64,000 bases of DNA from an uncultured Chloroflexia bacterium (GTDB lineage: Bacteria > Chloroflexota > Anaerolineae > B4-G1 > SLSP01). Every line of letters begins with the position of its first letter. Positions within the stretch are counted from its first letter, which is position 1. The position numbers and the translations under genes are program-made. Shown one piece after another: positions 1-11,422 of the stretch. The notes under the pieces were generated by a model. It was not told the DNA's origin. It saw nothing but the letters and a program-made list of their open reading frames with translations, and did no database searches. Where the stretch lies: positions 128,001-192,000 of the forward strand of contig CAVVUS010000023.1 in the NCBI GenBank assembly GCA_963751345.1. The letters are read 5' to 3'.

Positions 1-1018
1 CGGCGCCACCAGAGTTTCAACCAAGGTAACACCGTGGGCGCTGATGTGGTTGTTCCCGGTCTCGCGTCTGATCTGCACACCTGTTCGGGCGAGCCTGACG
101 TATCCGTTCCTCTCGCCCTATCACGAGCAGCGTATCCCCAGGCTGTGTGATCTGCTCAGGCGATGGTGCGTAGATTGACTGCTGACCATTCCATATCCCC
201 ACGACGGTCAACCCCAGCGTCTCACCGATGCGGCTGTCGATGAGGGACTTGTGAGCAAGTTCCGACTCGGGCGTGATGACTACTTCCCAGAGCCTTTCGC
301 CAAGTTGGTAGTACTCCTCCAGTTGCCTGCTCGTGTAGTGCGTCATCATGAGTTCCGAAGGCGGGTTCCGGTTGGGCAGCAGCCGTGTGCCGAACAGGCC
401 CAGGAAGGCGATGCCGCCGATGAGGATGAAGATGCCGGTCGGAAAGAAGTCGAGGATTCCCAGCATCGCTTGGGGCGGATGAGCCGCAGCCAGCAGGTTG
501 CTGGTGATGATGTTCGCCGTCGCGAAATACGTCGCACTGCCGCCCAACAGACTGCCGTAGGCCACCGGGATGAGCAGTTTGCTCGGCTTGATGTTGGTAC
601 GACGACAGGTCTCCATCGCGCTCGGCAGCAGCAGGGCGCCGGCCGCAAGATTGTTCATGAAGAGCGAGAGCGTTGCCGTGGTGGCGGTGTAAAGGATGAT
701 CAGGCGGCGCTCAGATCCGCGACCCAGGTCGATGATCCGATGTGCAAGCCAGCGTGTGACGCCGGACTTCTGGAGTGAGTAGGTGATCATGAACAGGCTT
801 AGCAGCGTCCAGACGGCCGGCTCGCTGAGGCCCGAAAGCGCCAAGGTGGCAGCCTGAGGCGTGTGCGCCTCACCCAGCAGGCCCAGGCCCAGCAACTGCC
901 CGATCCCCAGCACGATCGCGATCAGCAGGGCCGCCAGATCCACACGCAGACGATTCCGTGTGACGAAGATCATCGGGATGGTGACGGCCAGGATCAGGAA
1001 AAGCTGTGCCGCCATCAC
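1..1018 (-). CDS. SLC13/CitMHS family permease with TrkA-C domain (runs off left edge; probable frameshift near 90-100)
   Basis: Multi-TM N-terminus with FMNN and PSKLLIP...LGGSAT motifs, then TrkA-C-like segment; start overlaps the sulfatase stop (GTGA). Confidence 0.85.
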
Positions 1019-2368
1019 AGGATCTCCCCCGGACGCACAAACCGCTGGCCGCTTGGGTGCACCGGGGCGGGCTCAATGGTGGGCTGGCCTTCACCCGCCG
1101 CTGCCATACGTCGCAGCAATCGCTCTCGCATGCTTGCCTTCACCTCGCCATAGGCATCGTAGTTGACCAAGTTGTGAAGCTCGTATGGATCCGCCTGCAG
1201 GTCGTAGAGAAACTCCTCGACGTAATGGTCGCTGTCGGGATCGCGGCCCCCATGCTTGTCCGGCGCGCTCACACTGTACTTCCAGCGCTCCGTTCTCACT
1301 GCCCTGCCGACCTGCGCTTCGCTGATCTGGAGGAAGACTTCCTCAGGCCAATCCGCGCGGCTGCCCTGCAGCAGTGGCATAACGGAGCGTCCGTGCATCG
1401 AGGGCGGCACCGGAATCCCGGCCGCATCCAGGAGGGTCGGCGGCAGATCGACGAGGCTCACGAGCTGCTGAACGCGTCCGCCCCCCGTGAATCCCGGCCC
1501 GATCGCCGCGGTCGGTACCCGGATCGAGCTTTCGTGGCACGATCGTTTGTACTCCCCGTTGCGCGTCTTGAAATGGCAGCCGTGGTCCGACGTGAAGAGC
1601 ACGATCGTGTTCTCGTCGAGATCCAGGCTCTTGAAGAGCGTCCAGCATCCGCCCGAGTGCCTCATCCAGCCGCTTGACGATGCCATAGTAACCGGCTAGA
1701 TGCTGCTGGGTAGAGCCGCCAAGGGCGGCCAGATCGGGGGGCACCCATCGGTTCTGGTAGGGTTCTCGGCACCCCGACGGCGGCACGAAATCGTCGATGC
1801 GGTTCTGGTGGTGCGGCTCCAAGTAGGAGACGAAGAGGAAGAACGGTTCGGTCCGGTGGTCGTCGATGTAGCGGATGACAGCGTCGGTCTGGGCGTCAAC
1901 CCGATAGCCGGGCAGCTTCACCGGCTCCCCATCGTTGTCGAACATCACCGTGTCGTAGGGTTCCGAGCAGAACTCGAGGACGTTAGCCGCCAGCCAATAC
2001 TCGTATCCTCCGCGCTGCGATTCCCGGACCGGATCTTCGTCGGCCAGATGCCACTTTCCGATGTACCCTGTCGTGTAGCCGGCATCGCGGAAGAAGTGGG
2101 CCAGGGTGTGCTCCTCCTCACGCAGCGCGAGGCCGTTGCGCCATACGCCAGTGTCCAGGGCGTAGCGACCCGTTTGGAGGCTCGCGCGGGCGGGACCACA
2201 GACCGGCTGGCAGGTGAAGGCGTTATAGACGTGGGTTCCGGCCATCGCCATACGGTCGAAGTTGGGCGTCAGTCCCAGTGGGTTACCGTGGACGCCGGTC
2301 GTATCCCAGCGCTGTTGATCGGTGAAGAACACGATCACGTTCGGGTGATCCGTTGGTCGTCGTGGCAT
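1015..2368 (-). CDS. Cys-type sulfatase (frameshift near 1635)
   Basis: PNVIVFFTDQQR, CGPAR formylglycine motif, GKWHL, then SDHG in the second frame; RBS AAGGAG before ATG 2368. Confidence 0.9.
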
Positions 2369-2626
2369 CTTTGTCTCCTTCGTGGTCGTGGAGCGTTGGC
2401 CTTGGAACATTATAGTCGGGTCGGAAGCGGCGACAACACAGCCGCTCCCATCTTTGTGTTTGCCCTCCTGTTGTGTACGAACTGCCTCCGAAGGAGGGAA
2501 GGCTGAGCCCGAGGGGGGAAGACAGCGTATAGCGGTGGGCCCGCGAGATGGCGAAATCACCGGAATGGACTATCCTTCGGGGTGCGAGCGCGGGCATATA
2601 CCGACGGTTTGGTCAGGAGGGTGATC

Positions 2627-3428
2627 ATGAAGCGTTACGTGGACCTGGTCTACGCCCAGGTAGATGATCGAATCTCTGCTCCTGGATCTCTATCTACCCG
2701 AAGACGTGGCGAGCCCGTTGCCACTCATCGTCTGGATCCATGGAGGGGCCTGGCGAGAGGGGACGAAGGAGCATCCGAGAGCACTGCGGCTCGTGTCGGA
2801 CGGCTACGCAGTCGCGAGCGTCGAGTACCGCTTGAGCCAGGAGGCGATTTTCCCGGCGCAGATCCACGACTGCAAGGCGGCGGTGCGGTGGCTGCGGGCC
2901 CATGCCGGCACCTACGGTCTGGATCCCTCGCGCGTGGCGGCGTGGGGTGGGTCTGCCGGAGCCCACCTCGCCTCGCTCCTGGGCGTGACAGCGGGCGTGC
3001 CCGAGCTCGAGGGCAGTCTTGGCCATCCGGAGCAGTCCAGCGCCGTGCGCGCTGTCTGTAGCTGGTATGGGCCCAGTGATCTCCTGCGGATGAATGATAT
3101 ACGCGGGGCGATGGATCACGATGCGCCCGACTCGCCCGAGTCCCAACTCGTGGGCGCCCCGATCCAGGCCCATCCCGATCTGGTCGCGAGGGCAAATCCG
3201 ATCACCTACGTTGGGCCCGATGCCCCGCCCTTCCTGCTGATGCACGGTACCGCGGACGACGTCGTCATCCCCAGCCAGAGCGAGCTGCTTCACTCTGCCC
3301 TGGTTGGCGCCGGGGCTCAGTCGACCCTGATCCTTCTCGGCGGGCTGGGCCACGGATTTCCGGGGGAGCACGGGCGTTGGAGCGAGATCTATGGTTACGT
3401 GGGGGCCTTCCTCGATGCGGTCGTCTGA
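2627..3428 (+). CDS. Alpha/beta hydrolase, esterase/lipase (BD-FAE-like); frameshift near 2670
   Basis: HGGAW oxyanion motif, GGSAG nucleophile elbow, HGTADDVV, C-terminal GHG; RBS AGGAGG before ATG 2627. Confidence 0.85.
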
Positions 3429-3495
3429 CTCGCTACTGTCCGTCCGGCGCTGCCATGGCTTGCACAAAGCCATTCTTCTTATATAATATGCATAT

Positions 3496-4722
3496 ATGAT
3501 AAATCGAGCGCGGCCGAGTCTAGCTCGCCGGTCAGCGATGCATTGGCAAGTCTGGACCCTGCTGGCGCTGTTCGCGCTTTTGGTTGGGTGCGTACCAGAG
3601 AATCCATCCATCAACAAACCTGGAGTTGAGCAGATGACCAATCCATCTCAGAGCACAATCCTCGTCTACGTTGGGACCTATACGGCTAAGGGCAGCAAAG
3701 GCATCTACACTTACACATTCGATCCGATCGCCGGAACACTGGAGCTACTGGGATACGTCGAGGCCAACAACCCGTCCTACCTGGCCATACATCCCGACAA
3801 GACAACCCTCTACGCGGTCAACGAAGTGGGGGAGTTCCGGGGTGAGCCCACTGGGGCCGTCAGTGCATTCGCTATCGATGCCGACACAGGCCTGCTCACA
3901 CTGCTCAACCAGCAGCCATCCCGAGGTCGATCTCCTGCCTATATCACCGTGGACCCTGAGGGAAAACAGGTCTATGTAGCGAACTACTCGAGTGGGACGG
4001 CTGCGGTCTTCCCGGTTCTGGACGATGGCGGCATTGGGGCGGCGACTGACGTGGTGCAGCACGAAGGGTCAGGGCCGAACGCGCGGCGCCAGCGGGAGCC
4101 GCATGCCCACTCGGTCAACCTCGATCCTGAGGGCCATCGGGCCTACGTGGCCGACCTTGGGATCGACAAGCTCATGATCTACGATGTCGAGACAGAGCCG
4201 GGCAAGCTGGTGCCTAACGATCCCCCGTATGCTGAGGTAGAGGGTGGGTCGGGGCCACGGCATTTCACCTTTCATCCCAATGGCACGGTCGCCTATCTCA
4301 TCAACGAAATGGGAAACACGATCTCCGTCTTTGCCTACGACCCCAGTGATGGCGGGCTAACCCTGCTACAGACAGTGCCCACGCTCCCCGCGGGGTTCGA
4401 GGGCCGCAGTACGACCGCCGACATCCACGTGCACCCGACGGGCCGGTTTCTCTACGGATCAAACCGGGGAGACGACAGCATCGTCGTCTACGCGATCGCG
4501 CCTGAAGAGGGCACATTGTCGTACGTCGGTCACGTCTCTACAGGAGGTAGGACGCCACGCAACTTCGCGATCGATCCGTCGGGAGCGTACCTGCTCGCCG
4601 CGAATCAAGACAGCGATAATGTCGTGGTCTTCCGCATCGACCCGGATTCGGGCTTGCCGGTCGCAACCGGTGCCGAGATGATGGTCTCGATGCCGGTATG
4701 CATCAAGTTTCTGATTCGGTAG
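3496..4722 (+). CDS. pgl: Lactonase family beta-propeller (6-phosphogluconolactonase-like), possible lipoprotein
   Basis: YVGTYT, NPSYL, ANYSSG, PHAH, GSGPRH, SNRG, PRNF motifs; LLVGC lipobox-like signal; start uncertain. Confidence 0.85.
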   Translation: MINRARPSLARRSAMHWQVWTLLALFALLVGCVPENPSINKPGVEQMTNPSQSTILVYVGTYTAKGSKGIYTYTFDPIAGTLELLGYVEANNPSYLAIHPDKTTLYAVNEVGEFRGEPTGAVSAFAIDADTGLLTLLNQQPSRGRSPAYITVDPEGKQVYVANYSSGTAAVFPVLDDGGIGAATDVVQHEGSGPNARRQREPHAHSVNLDPEGHRAYVADLGIDKLMIYDVETEPGKLVPNDPPYAEVEGGSGPRHFTFHPNGTVAYLINEMGNTISVFAYDPSDGGLTLLQTVPTLPAGFEGRSTTADIHVHPTGRFLYGSNRGDDSIVVYAIAPEEGTLSYVGHVSTGGRTPRNFAIDPSGAYLLAANQDSDNVVVFRIDPDSGLPVATGAEMMVSMPVCIKFLIR

Positions 4723-4831
4723 CATACGCAGTCCAGTTCCGCGTGGGCGCTGTGCCCACGCGGTAGCGGGAAATGAGGGCCTCAACGAAGGGGGCCCGCG
4801 GTCGGTGAGGTAGATACCTAAGGAGGGTACC

Positions 4832-5848
4832 ATGGCTAAGGTTGGCATTAATGGACTCGGTAGGATCGGGAGGGCGGCTCTCAAGGTTATCCTTGAGACA
4901 CCGGGACTGGAGTTTGTGGGCGCCAACGACATCGCACCTCTGGACAACATCGCCTATTTGCTCAAACACGACACGGTGTATGGACGGTATGACAAGTCTG
5001 TAGAGGTCTCGGAGGGTGCGCTGGTTATCGATGGCAAGTCCTACCCGTACTTCAGCGAGCGCGATCCGGCCAACATCCCCTGGCGCGACGTCGGCGCGGA
5101 GATCGTCATCGAGAGCACGGGGTTCTTCCGTACGCAGGAGGATGCGGCGAAACACATCAAGGCCGGGGCGAAGACGGTCGTGATCTCGGCGCCCGGCAAG
5201 AGCAAGGAGACCCCCACCGTCGTGTACGGCGTCAACACCGACGACGGGATGGTCCAGGTGCTCTCCTGCGCGAGCTGCACGACAAACTGTATTGCGCCTG
5301 TCGTCGAGGTGATGAGTCGCAGAATCGGTGTGGAGAAGGCGATCATGACCACAGTGCACGCTTACACGAGCACTCAGGCATTGGTCGACGCACCCAACAA
5401 GAGCGACTTCCGGCGTGGCCGGGCCGCGGCTGCCAATTTCGTTCCAACATCGACCGGAGCCGCTATCGCGACCACGAAAGTCGTCACCGAACTCGCCGGC
5501 AAGTTCGACGGGGTCGCCATCCGCGCGCCGATACCTGCGGGCTCCATCGCCGATATCGTCTTCCTTACCGCACGTGACACCACCATTGAGGAAGTGAACC
5601 AAATCCTGCGCGAGGAGGCCGCGACCGATCGGTACCATGAGGTGTTGGCCGTCTCTGATGAGCCGCTGGTTTCCTCTGACATCGTTGGCGATTCACACGG
5701 ATCGATCGTGGATCTTGCGATGACCAATGTGGTCGATGGTAACCTGGTGAAGGTGATGAGTTGGTATGACAACGAGTGGGGATTCACCAATCAGATGATT
5801 CGTGAGATCCTCGCCATCGCCAAGGGGAGTTCCGGGTTCAGCGCCTAG
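4832..5848 (+). CDS. gap: Type I glyceraldehyde-3-phosphate dehydrogenase
   Basis: GINGLGRIGR, ASCTTNC catalytic motif, WYDNEWG. Confidence 0.97.
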   Translation: MAKVGINGLGRIGRAALKVILETPGLEFVGANDIAPLDNIAYLLKHDTVYGRYDKSVEVSEGALVIDGKSYPYFSERDPANIPWRDVGAEIVIESTGFFRTQEDAAKHIKAGAKTVVISAPGKSKETPTVVYGVNTDDGMVQVLSCASCTTNCIAPVVEVMSRRIGVEKAIMTTVHAYTSTQALVDAPNKSDFRRGRAAAANFVPTSTGAAIATTKVVTELAGKFDGVAIRAPIPAGSIADIVFLTARDTTIEEVNQILREEAATDRYHEVLAVSDEPLVSSDIVGDSHGSIVDLAMTNVVDGNLVKVMSWYDNEWGFTNQMIREILAIAKGSSGFSA

Positions 5849-5967
5849 TGGGTGGGAGGCAATGCGTCGCCCGAGCGTGCCGGACACAGCGTCAGCCGGT
5901 CGGTCTGCCGCTTGGTGTGATGCGCTCGGCAGTTCAGTGGATGGGAAAGCCTGAAAGGAGCTAACCA

Positions 5968-6984
5968 ATGGAATATCGATCTCTAGGTCGCACAGGCGTG
6001 TTGGTTTCGCCGCTCTGCCTGGGCGCAATGAATTTCGGCGGCCCGACTGATGAATCTACGTCCATCGAGATCATCAACCGGGCACTGGATGCAGGCGTCA
6101 ATTTTGTTGACACGGCAAACGTCTACAATCACGGCGAGAGCGAACGCATCGTCGGCGAGGCCTTCAAACAGAATGGTCGACGCGACGATATCGTGCTGGC
6201 TACGAAGGTGCACGGCAATATGGGGGAGGGACCGAACGAGCAGGGAAACTCGCGCTATCATATCATCAAGGCGTGCGAGGACTCGCTGCGGCGGCTGAAG
6301 ACAGATCACATCGATCTCTACCAGTTGCATCGCCCGTCGTTGACCATCCCGCAGGATGAGACGCTGCGGGCATTCGATGATCTGGTCCGCGCGGGTAAGG
6401 TCCGGTATATCGGCTGCTCCACGCATCCGGCATGGATGGTCATGGAGGCGCTGTCGATTAGTGAGAAGATGAACCTCGCGCGATACGTCAGTGAGCAGCC
6501 GCCCTACAACCTCCTGGACCGGCGGATCGAGAACGAGTTGCTCCCGCTCGCGCGGAAGTATGGCATGGCGATCCTGCCCTGGTCCCCGCTCGCCGGCGGC
6601 ATCCTTGCCGGGAAGTATACGCTTGGGATGATCGAGGAGGATGAGTATCCCGAGGGCTCACGGGCAGAGCGATCGGGTGAGTGGTTCCGCTCCCGCGTGA
6701 CGCGCGAGGGGGTGAAGGTGGCTGCCAAAGTTCAGGCCTATGCAGAGCAGCGTGGGCTAAACGCAGCACAGTTCTCAACGCTCTGGTGCAAGGATCAGCC
6801 CGGCGTGACCGCCCCAATCATCGGGCCGCGGACGATCGCACACCTCGACGACGCACTCGCAGTGCTGGATCTGTCGCTGACGGACGAGGATCGCAGTTTC
6901 TTTGATGCGCTTGTGCATCCGGGCAACGCTGTTGCCGACTTCCACAACAGCAACCCATGGATGCAGGCGCGTCTCAATGCTTGA
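5968..6984 (+). CDS. Aldo/keto reductase
   Basis: LGRTG, DTANVY, LATK, DLYQLH, PWSPLAGG. Confidence 0.92.
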   Translation: MEYRSLGRTGVLVSPLCLGAMNFGGPTDESTSIEIINRALDAGVNFVDTANVYNHGESERIVGEAFKQNGRRDDIVLATKVHGNMGEGPNEQGNSRYHIIKACEDSLRRLKTDHIDLYQLHRPSLTIPQDETLRAFDDLVRAGKVRYIGCSTHPAWMVMEALSISEKMNLARYVSEQPPYNLLDRRIENELLPLARKYGMAILPWSPLAGGILAGKYTLGMIEEDEYPEGSRAERSGEWFRSRVTREGVKVAAKVQAYAEQRGLNAAQFSTLWCKDQPGVTAPIIGPRTIAHLDDALAVLDLSLTDEDRSFFDALVHPGNAVADFHNSNPWMQARLNA

Positions 6985-6997
6985 CCAAAGCCTGCGA

Positions 6998-7040
6998 CGA
7001 CTGGGCACGGCCCCGACTCGTGAGGGGCCGTGCCCAGTCG
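6998..7040. repeat. Perfect 17-bp-arm inverted repeat (terminator or REP-like hairpin)
   Basis: cgactgggcacggcccc-N9-ggggccgtgcccagtcg just after the AKR stop. Confidence 0.7.
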
Positions 7041-7122
7041 ATCTGGCATTCTGACGATGACAATACATACAGCCACAACAATCGCTGGTCCGCTACAGGG
7101 CGAGAATCACGGTAAGGGGTCC

Positions 7123-7527
7123 GTGGACTTCCCGCTTGCCGGAATCCTTCTGGTCGAGGACGAGGCGATCCTCGCCGAGATGATGCGCCGCATGCTGATC
7201 CGCTGGGGATACGATGTCGTAGGTATGCTGCACGCGGGTGAAGACGCCGTAGCGCAAGCCGCGAGCCTACGTCCCGATCTGATCGTGATGGATGTCAAGC
7301 TATCCGGTGCAATGGACGGCATTGAGGCCGCCCGCCGTATCGTGGCGGAGCTGCCTCGGCCCGTGATCTTCACAACCGGCTATTCTCAGCCCTCAGGTTG
7401 TGATGCCATATCTGCTTCCGGCGTTCCCTGTGCTATGATGAGCAAGCCTGTGCTGCCGGTCCAGTTGCGACGCAACATCGAGGATCTTCTGGGCGGTGAT
7501 GGCGATCGACTCGTGTATCATAGCTAG
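7123..7527 (+). CDS. Single-domain response regulator (REC)
   Basis: ILLVEDE, PDLIVMDV, MDGIEAA, FTTG, SKP; start uncertain. Confidence 0.8.
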   Translation: MDFPLAGILLVEDEAILAEMMRRMLIRWGYDVVGMLHAGEDAVAQAASLRPDLIVMDVKLSGAMDGIEAARRIVAELPRPVIFTTGYSQPSGCDAISASGVPCAMMSKPVLPVQLRRNIEDLLGGDGDRLVYHS

Positions 7528-7563
7528 TGCTGGGCTGGTGATCGTGCGAGCGGGGAGGATAGA

Positions 7564-8839
7564 ATGCGGTTAAAGCTAGCATACGGACGGGGTGGCCTGT
7601 CGCTGGCGCTTCCCGATGCTGCGGATGTTACCATCATTGAGCCGAAGTACGTGGAGGGACTGACAGACGAAGCCAAGAGCCTCACCGCCGCACTTCTGTC
7701 CCCGCTCGGCACTCGACCTCTGGGGCAACTGGTGGGTCCCGATGACAGTGTTGCCGTGGTTCTCAGCGATATCACACGCCCGATGCCCAATGATCGCGTG
7801 CTGCCTCCGCTGTTGGAGGCCCTGGGCGATGCGGGCGTCCGCGACGAGCGGATCACGTTGATCAACGGCCTCGGCACCCACCGACCGCAATCCGAAGAAG
7901 AGTTGGCGCGCATGCTGGGTGCCGATCTGGTGCGCCGTACGCATATCGTGCAGCACGACGCGTGGGACGACGCCAACCTCGTGGGGGTCGCGCGCAATCA
8001 CGCCGGCCGCGTCGTTCGTGTCAATCGAGCCTATGTCGAGGCGTCGGTCAGGATACTGACGGGATTTGTGGAGCCGCACTTCTTTGCAGGTTTCAGCGGT
8101 GGACCAAAAGCCGTCCTCCCGGCGATCGCGGACATCGAGTCGATCATGGACAACCACGGGGCCAGACTGCTTGTCACACCCCAAGGCGACCTGGGCCGTG
8201 ACGACAGGCAATCCCCTTTGGGAGGAGATCCGCGACGTCGCCGTGGCGACCCAGCCGACGTTCCTGCTCAACGTCACGCTCAACCGCGACCGTGCAATCA
8301 CCGGTATCTTCGCGGGAGATATGCTGACGGCACACCGAGCCGCGATCGATTTCGTGCGTCCCCGAGCACTTCAGCCCGTATCCGCGCCGTATGATATCGT
8401 CGTGACCTCCAATAGCGGCTATCCCCTGGACCTCAACCTCTATCAGGCGGTCAAGGGAATGTCGGCAGCCGCCCAGATCGTGCGACCCGGCGGCGACATC
8501 ATCATCGCCGCGGAGTGTTGGGACGGTATTCCCTCGCACGGGGAGTACGGTCGCCTGCTTCGCGAAGCCGAATCCATCGATGCACTGCTGGCCACGATCC
8601 GGGCACCCGGTTTCCGCTGTCATGACCAGTGGGAGGCCCAGATCCAGGCGCAGATCCAGCAGAAAGCACACGTTCACGTCTACGCCGATGGCCTGACGGA
8701 CGAGCAACTCCGTGAGGCAATGGTCATTCCTTGCCGATCCATCGAGGACCGCGTTGGGGAACTGCTGCGGCTCAATCCCGAAGCACGGATTGCCGTGCTG
8801 CCCGAGGGCCCTCAGACCGTGCCCTATCTGGCCTCCTGA
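7564..8839 (+). CDS. larA: Nickel-pincer-dependent lactate racemase family protein (frameshift near 8170)
   Basis: SDITRP, GLGTHR, EPHFFAGFSGGPK, GYPLDLNLYQAVKG, DQWEAQ. Confidence 0.9.
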
Positions 8840-8841
8840 AT

Positions 8842-11400
8842 CTACAGGGTGACCCGCAGATCGGTGAACCTCGGTATGCCGAGGACCGCCGACCGTCGTA
8901 CCGGGTCGGCTCGGGCAATCGCGTATTGCCGCCCATCGACCTCGATCGCCCGAGGCACGCGGCGTAGGCCGTTCAGGGTGAGTTCCACGTGTTCGTAGGG
9001 CGGGTTATAGTCCCCTGTGTGCTCCCACCGGATCGCCAACGTCCGCTCATCCTGCTTGACCACGAAGTGGCTCAGGCGGAAGGCCCCGGACCGGTACGCC
9101 ATTCCCTCCCCGGCGTCCTCATAGAGCTCCGTGACCATGTCCGCATCGCCCGACGGCAGGTAGACGCCTAGCCGGAGGAACTTCTGCACACGATGGTCGG
9201 CATTCGGAGCGCTCTCGCCCATCGTGAGGACGGTTCCGGCACGCACAAGCAAGGGGAGTGTCTCCAGGGGTGCTGGAAGATCGACTTCCGTCCCTCCCAC
9301 GACTGCCTGGTTTGTCCAGAAGTCGAACCACGTGCCCGATGGCATTCGGACCGAGCGCGTGGTCCTGCCAGCCTCGAGTACCGGCGCGACCAGAAGGGCG
9401 TCGCCACAGAGATAGGCGTCGTCAACATCCCAAAGCGAGATATCTGTGGGATCTGTCCATGCGAGCGGCCTCACCACCGGCCAGCCTCGCTTGGACATCT
9501 GCCAGACGGCTGTGTAGAGATAGGGTAGCAACTCGTAGCGAAGCTCGATGAATCGTCGGACAATGCTCAGATAGGGTTCTCCGTAGGACCAGGGCTCCTG
9601 GTCGGGGAACCCTTTGGCGGTGTGAGCTCGAAAGAAAGGCATAAACGCCGCCGCCTGGATCCAGCGGGTGAAAAGCTCCCCATCCGGCTCGCCGAGAAAT
9701 CCGCCCACGTCCGGACCTGTGAAGCCGACCCCCGACAGTCCGAGGCCCAGCACAATCGGGAGCGTCAGCCGCAGTCCCGCCCAGGTGCTCTCATTGTCGG
9801 CGGTCCACGAGGTAGCGTAACGCTGGACACCGGCCCACCCGGCACGTGTGATCACAACAGGGCGTCTGTCCGGCTCGAGTCGCTCAAGTCCCTCCCTCGT
9901 GGCGCGCGCCATCAGCATACCGTAGACATTGTGGATCGCGGCGTGGGTGCAGCCGGTGCCCTCTGCGGCGTGACGCAGCGTCAACGGAAGCGTGGGATCG
10001 CCAATCGCGCCAAAGGCCGAGGGCTCATTCATGTCGTCCCAGATTCCGGCGATGCCGCTCTCAAGCAGCGAACGGTGAAGGTCTCCCCACCACGCGCGTG
10101 TGTCTGGGGCTGTGAAGTCCGGGAATGCGCTGTCGGCAGGCCAGACGGGAGCGTGAAAGACCCGCCCATCGGGCGTCGTACAGAAGTGTGCATCCCTCAA
10201 CCCATCGCGGTACACAGGATAGGCAGAGTCTCGCTTCACACCGGGATCCACGATGGAGATCAGCCTGATGCCCTGTTCGCGCAACTCTTCAGAGAGCCGT
10301 TTGGGATCCGGGAAGCGCCCGCGATCCCAGGTGAAACATCGAAAGCCATCCATGTAGTCGATGTCGAGATGGATGACGTCGCAGGGCACGTTGTGATCCT
10401 GGAAGTCACGTGCCAGCTTGCGGACGCGCTCCTCACTGTCGTACGACCACCGACTCTGGTGGTAGCCCAGCATCCAGAGGGGCGGCAGCGGGTGACGCCC
10501 GGTGAGCTCCGTATAGCGGGCCATAAGGTCAGGCGGCGTGCCGACGGCGAGATAGTAGCAAAGCTCGCCGCCGGCGAAGCGGTGCTCCGCGATCTCAGGT
10601 GTGGTCCCACCTAGATCATACTCGGCGTAGGTCGGATTGTCATAGAAGGCGAGATATGTCCTGGTACCGCCACCCGGCGAGCCCAGGACACCCAGATAGG
10701 CCGGGACATTGAGATTGATGGGGTCAGCCGCGTCAGCATAGCCCGCGGGATCCCTGTTCCATAGGATGTGTGTGCGACCTCGCCGGTCCCATGGCGTCGC
10801 ACGCTCGCCCAGACCAAAGATGCGCTCATCGGGCATCAGCGCGACGCGATGGCGGATGGCGCCCCCGGCATCCCAGGCGCCGTCGAGGTCCGCACGCAGC
10901 AGACTCCCATCAGGTGTCGCGATGAGGAGTCGAGCAGTGTTGAGCATGGCACCGACGACCAAGGCTTCACTCTGGACGAAGTAGGCCTCCTCTGCCTGGG
11001 TGGCCCTCACCGCGATGTCGGGCCATAGCTCAGGAGGTCTGGCAATAGCATATCGCGGCGCGTCGACATCGCTTCGGAGCTGCGCCACGTGGTAGCGAAC
11101 CCTGACGAGATCCGGCGCAATGAAGACGACTTCGATACTACATCGATCCGTTTCGAGAACCGCGCCCTGGTCAATTGGGCGCACGAACCGGACTGGGCCG
11201 GGCATTGTCCACTCCTTCGGCCACTTGGGGTGTGGACTGCCGAGGGCAAGCAGACGGGCTAATCCGCGGCGCCGCTCGCCGGAGGGCGTCCACGTCGCCT
11301 CAGTGATGGCTTTGCGAAAGGGGTATATCGCCGCCGATGCAATGGTGCGGGGGTGGAGCCCGGCGACGGCGGTACGCAGGTTTTCAAGCAGTCCTGGCAT
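8842..11400 (-). CDS. Glycoside hydrolase family 31 alpha-glucosidase
   Basis: GLGER, GYHQSRWSY, LDIDYM, WDDMNEP nucleophile region, GPDVGGF, FFRAH. Confidence 0.93.
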   Translation of the reverse strand: MPGLLENLRTAVAGLHPRTIASAAIYPFRKAITEATWTPSGERRRGLARLLALGSPHPKWPKEWTMPGPVRFVRPIDQGAVLETDRCSIEVVFIAPDLVRVRYHVAQLRSDVDAPRYAIARPPELWPDIAVRATQAEEAYFVQSEALVVGAMLNTARLLIATPDGSLLRADLDGAWDAGGAIRHRVALMPDERIFGLGERATPWDRRGRTHILWNRDPAGYADAADPINLNVPAYLGVLGSPGGGTRTYLAFYDNPTYAEYDLGGTTPEIAEHRFAGGELCYYLAVGTPPDLMARYTELTGRHPLPPLWMLGYHQSRWSYDSEERVRKLARDFQDHNVPCDVIHLDIDYMDGFRCFTWDRGRFPDPKRLSEELREQGIRLISIVDPGVKRDSAYPVYRDGLRDAHFCTTPDGRVFHAPVWPADSAFPDFTAPDTRAWWGDLHRSLLESGIAGIWDDMNEPSAFGAIGDPTLPLTLRHAAEGTGCTHAAIHNVYGMLMARATREGLERLEPDRRPVVITRAGWAGVQRYATSWTADNESTWAGLRLTLPIVLGLGLSGVGFTGPDVGGFLGEPDGELFTRWIQAAAFMPFFRAHTAKGFPDQEPWSYGEPYLSIVRRFIELRYELLPYLYTAVWQMSKRGWPVVRPLAWTDPTDISLWDVDDAYLCGDALLVAPVLEAGRTTRSVRMPSGTWFDFWTNQAVVGGTEVDLPAPLETLPLLVRAGTVLTMGESAPNADHRVQKFLRLGVYLPSGDADMVTELYEDAGEGMAYRSGAFRLSHFVVKQDERTLAIRWEHTGDYNPPYEHVELTLNGLRRVPRAIEVDGRQYAIARADPVRRSAVLGIPRFTDLRVTL

Positions 11401-11422
11401 AGGGTGACCTCTCCCCGTTTGG

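Noticed and set aside
2485-2600. Possible structured RNA between the sulfatase and esterase genes
   Set aside because: Only short GC-rich complementarities, expected by chance at this GC content; no family motif.
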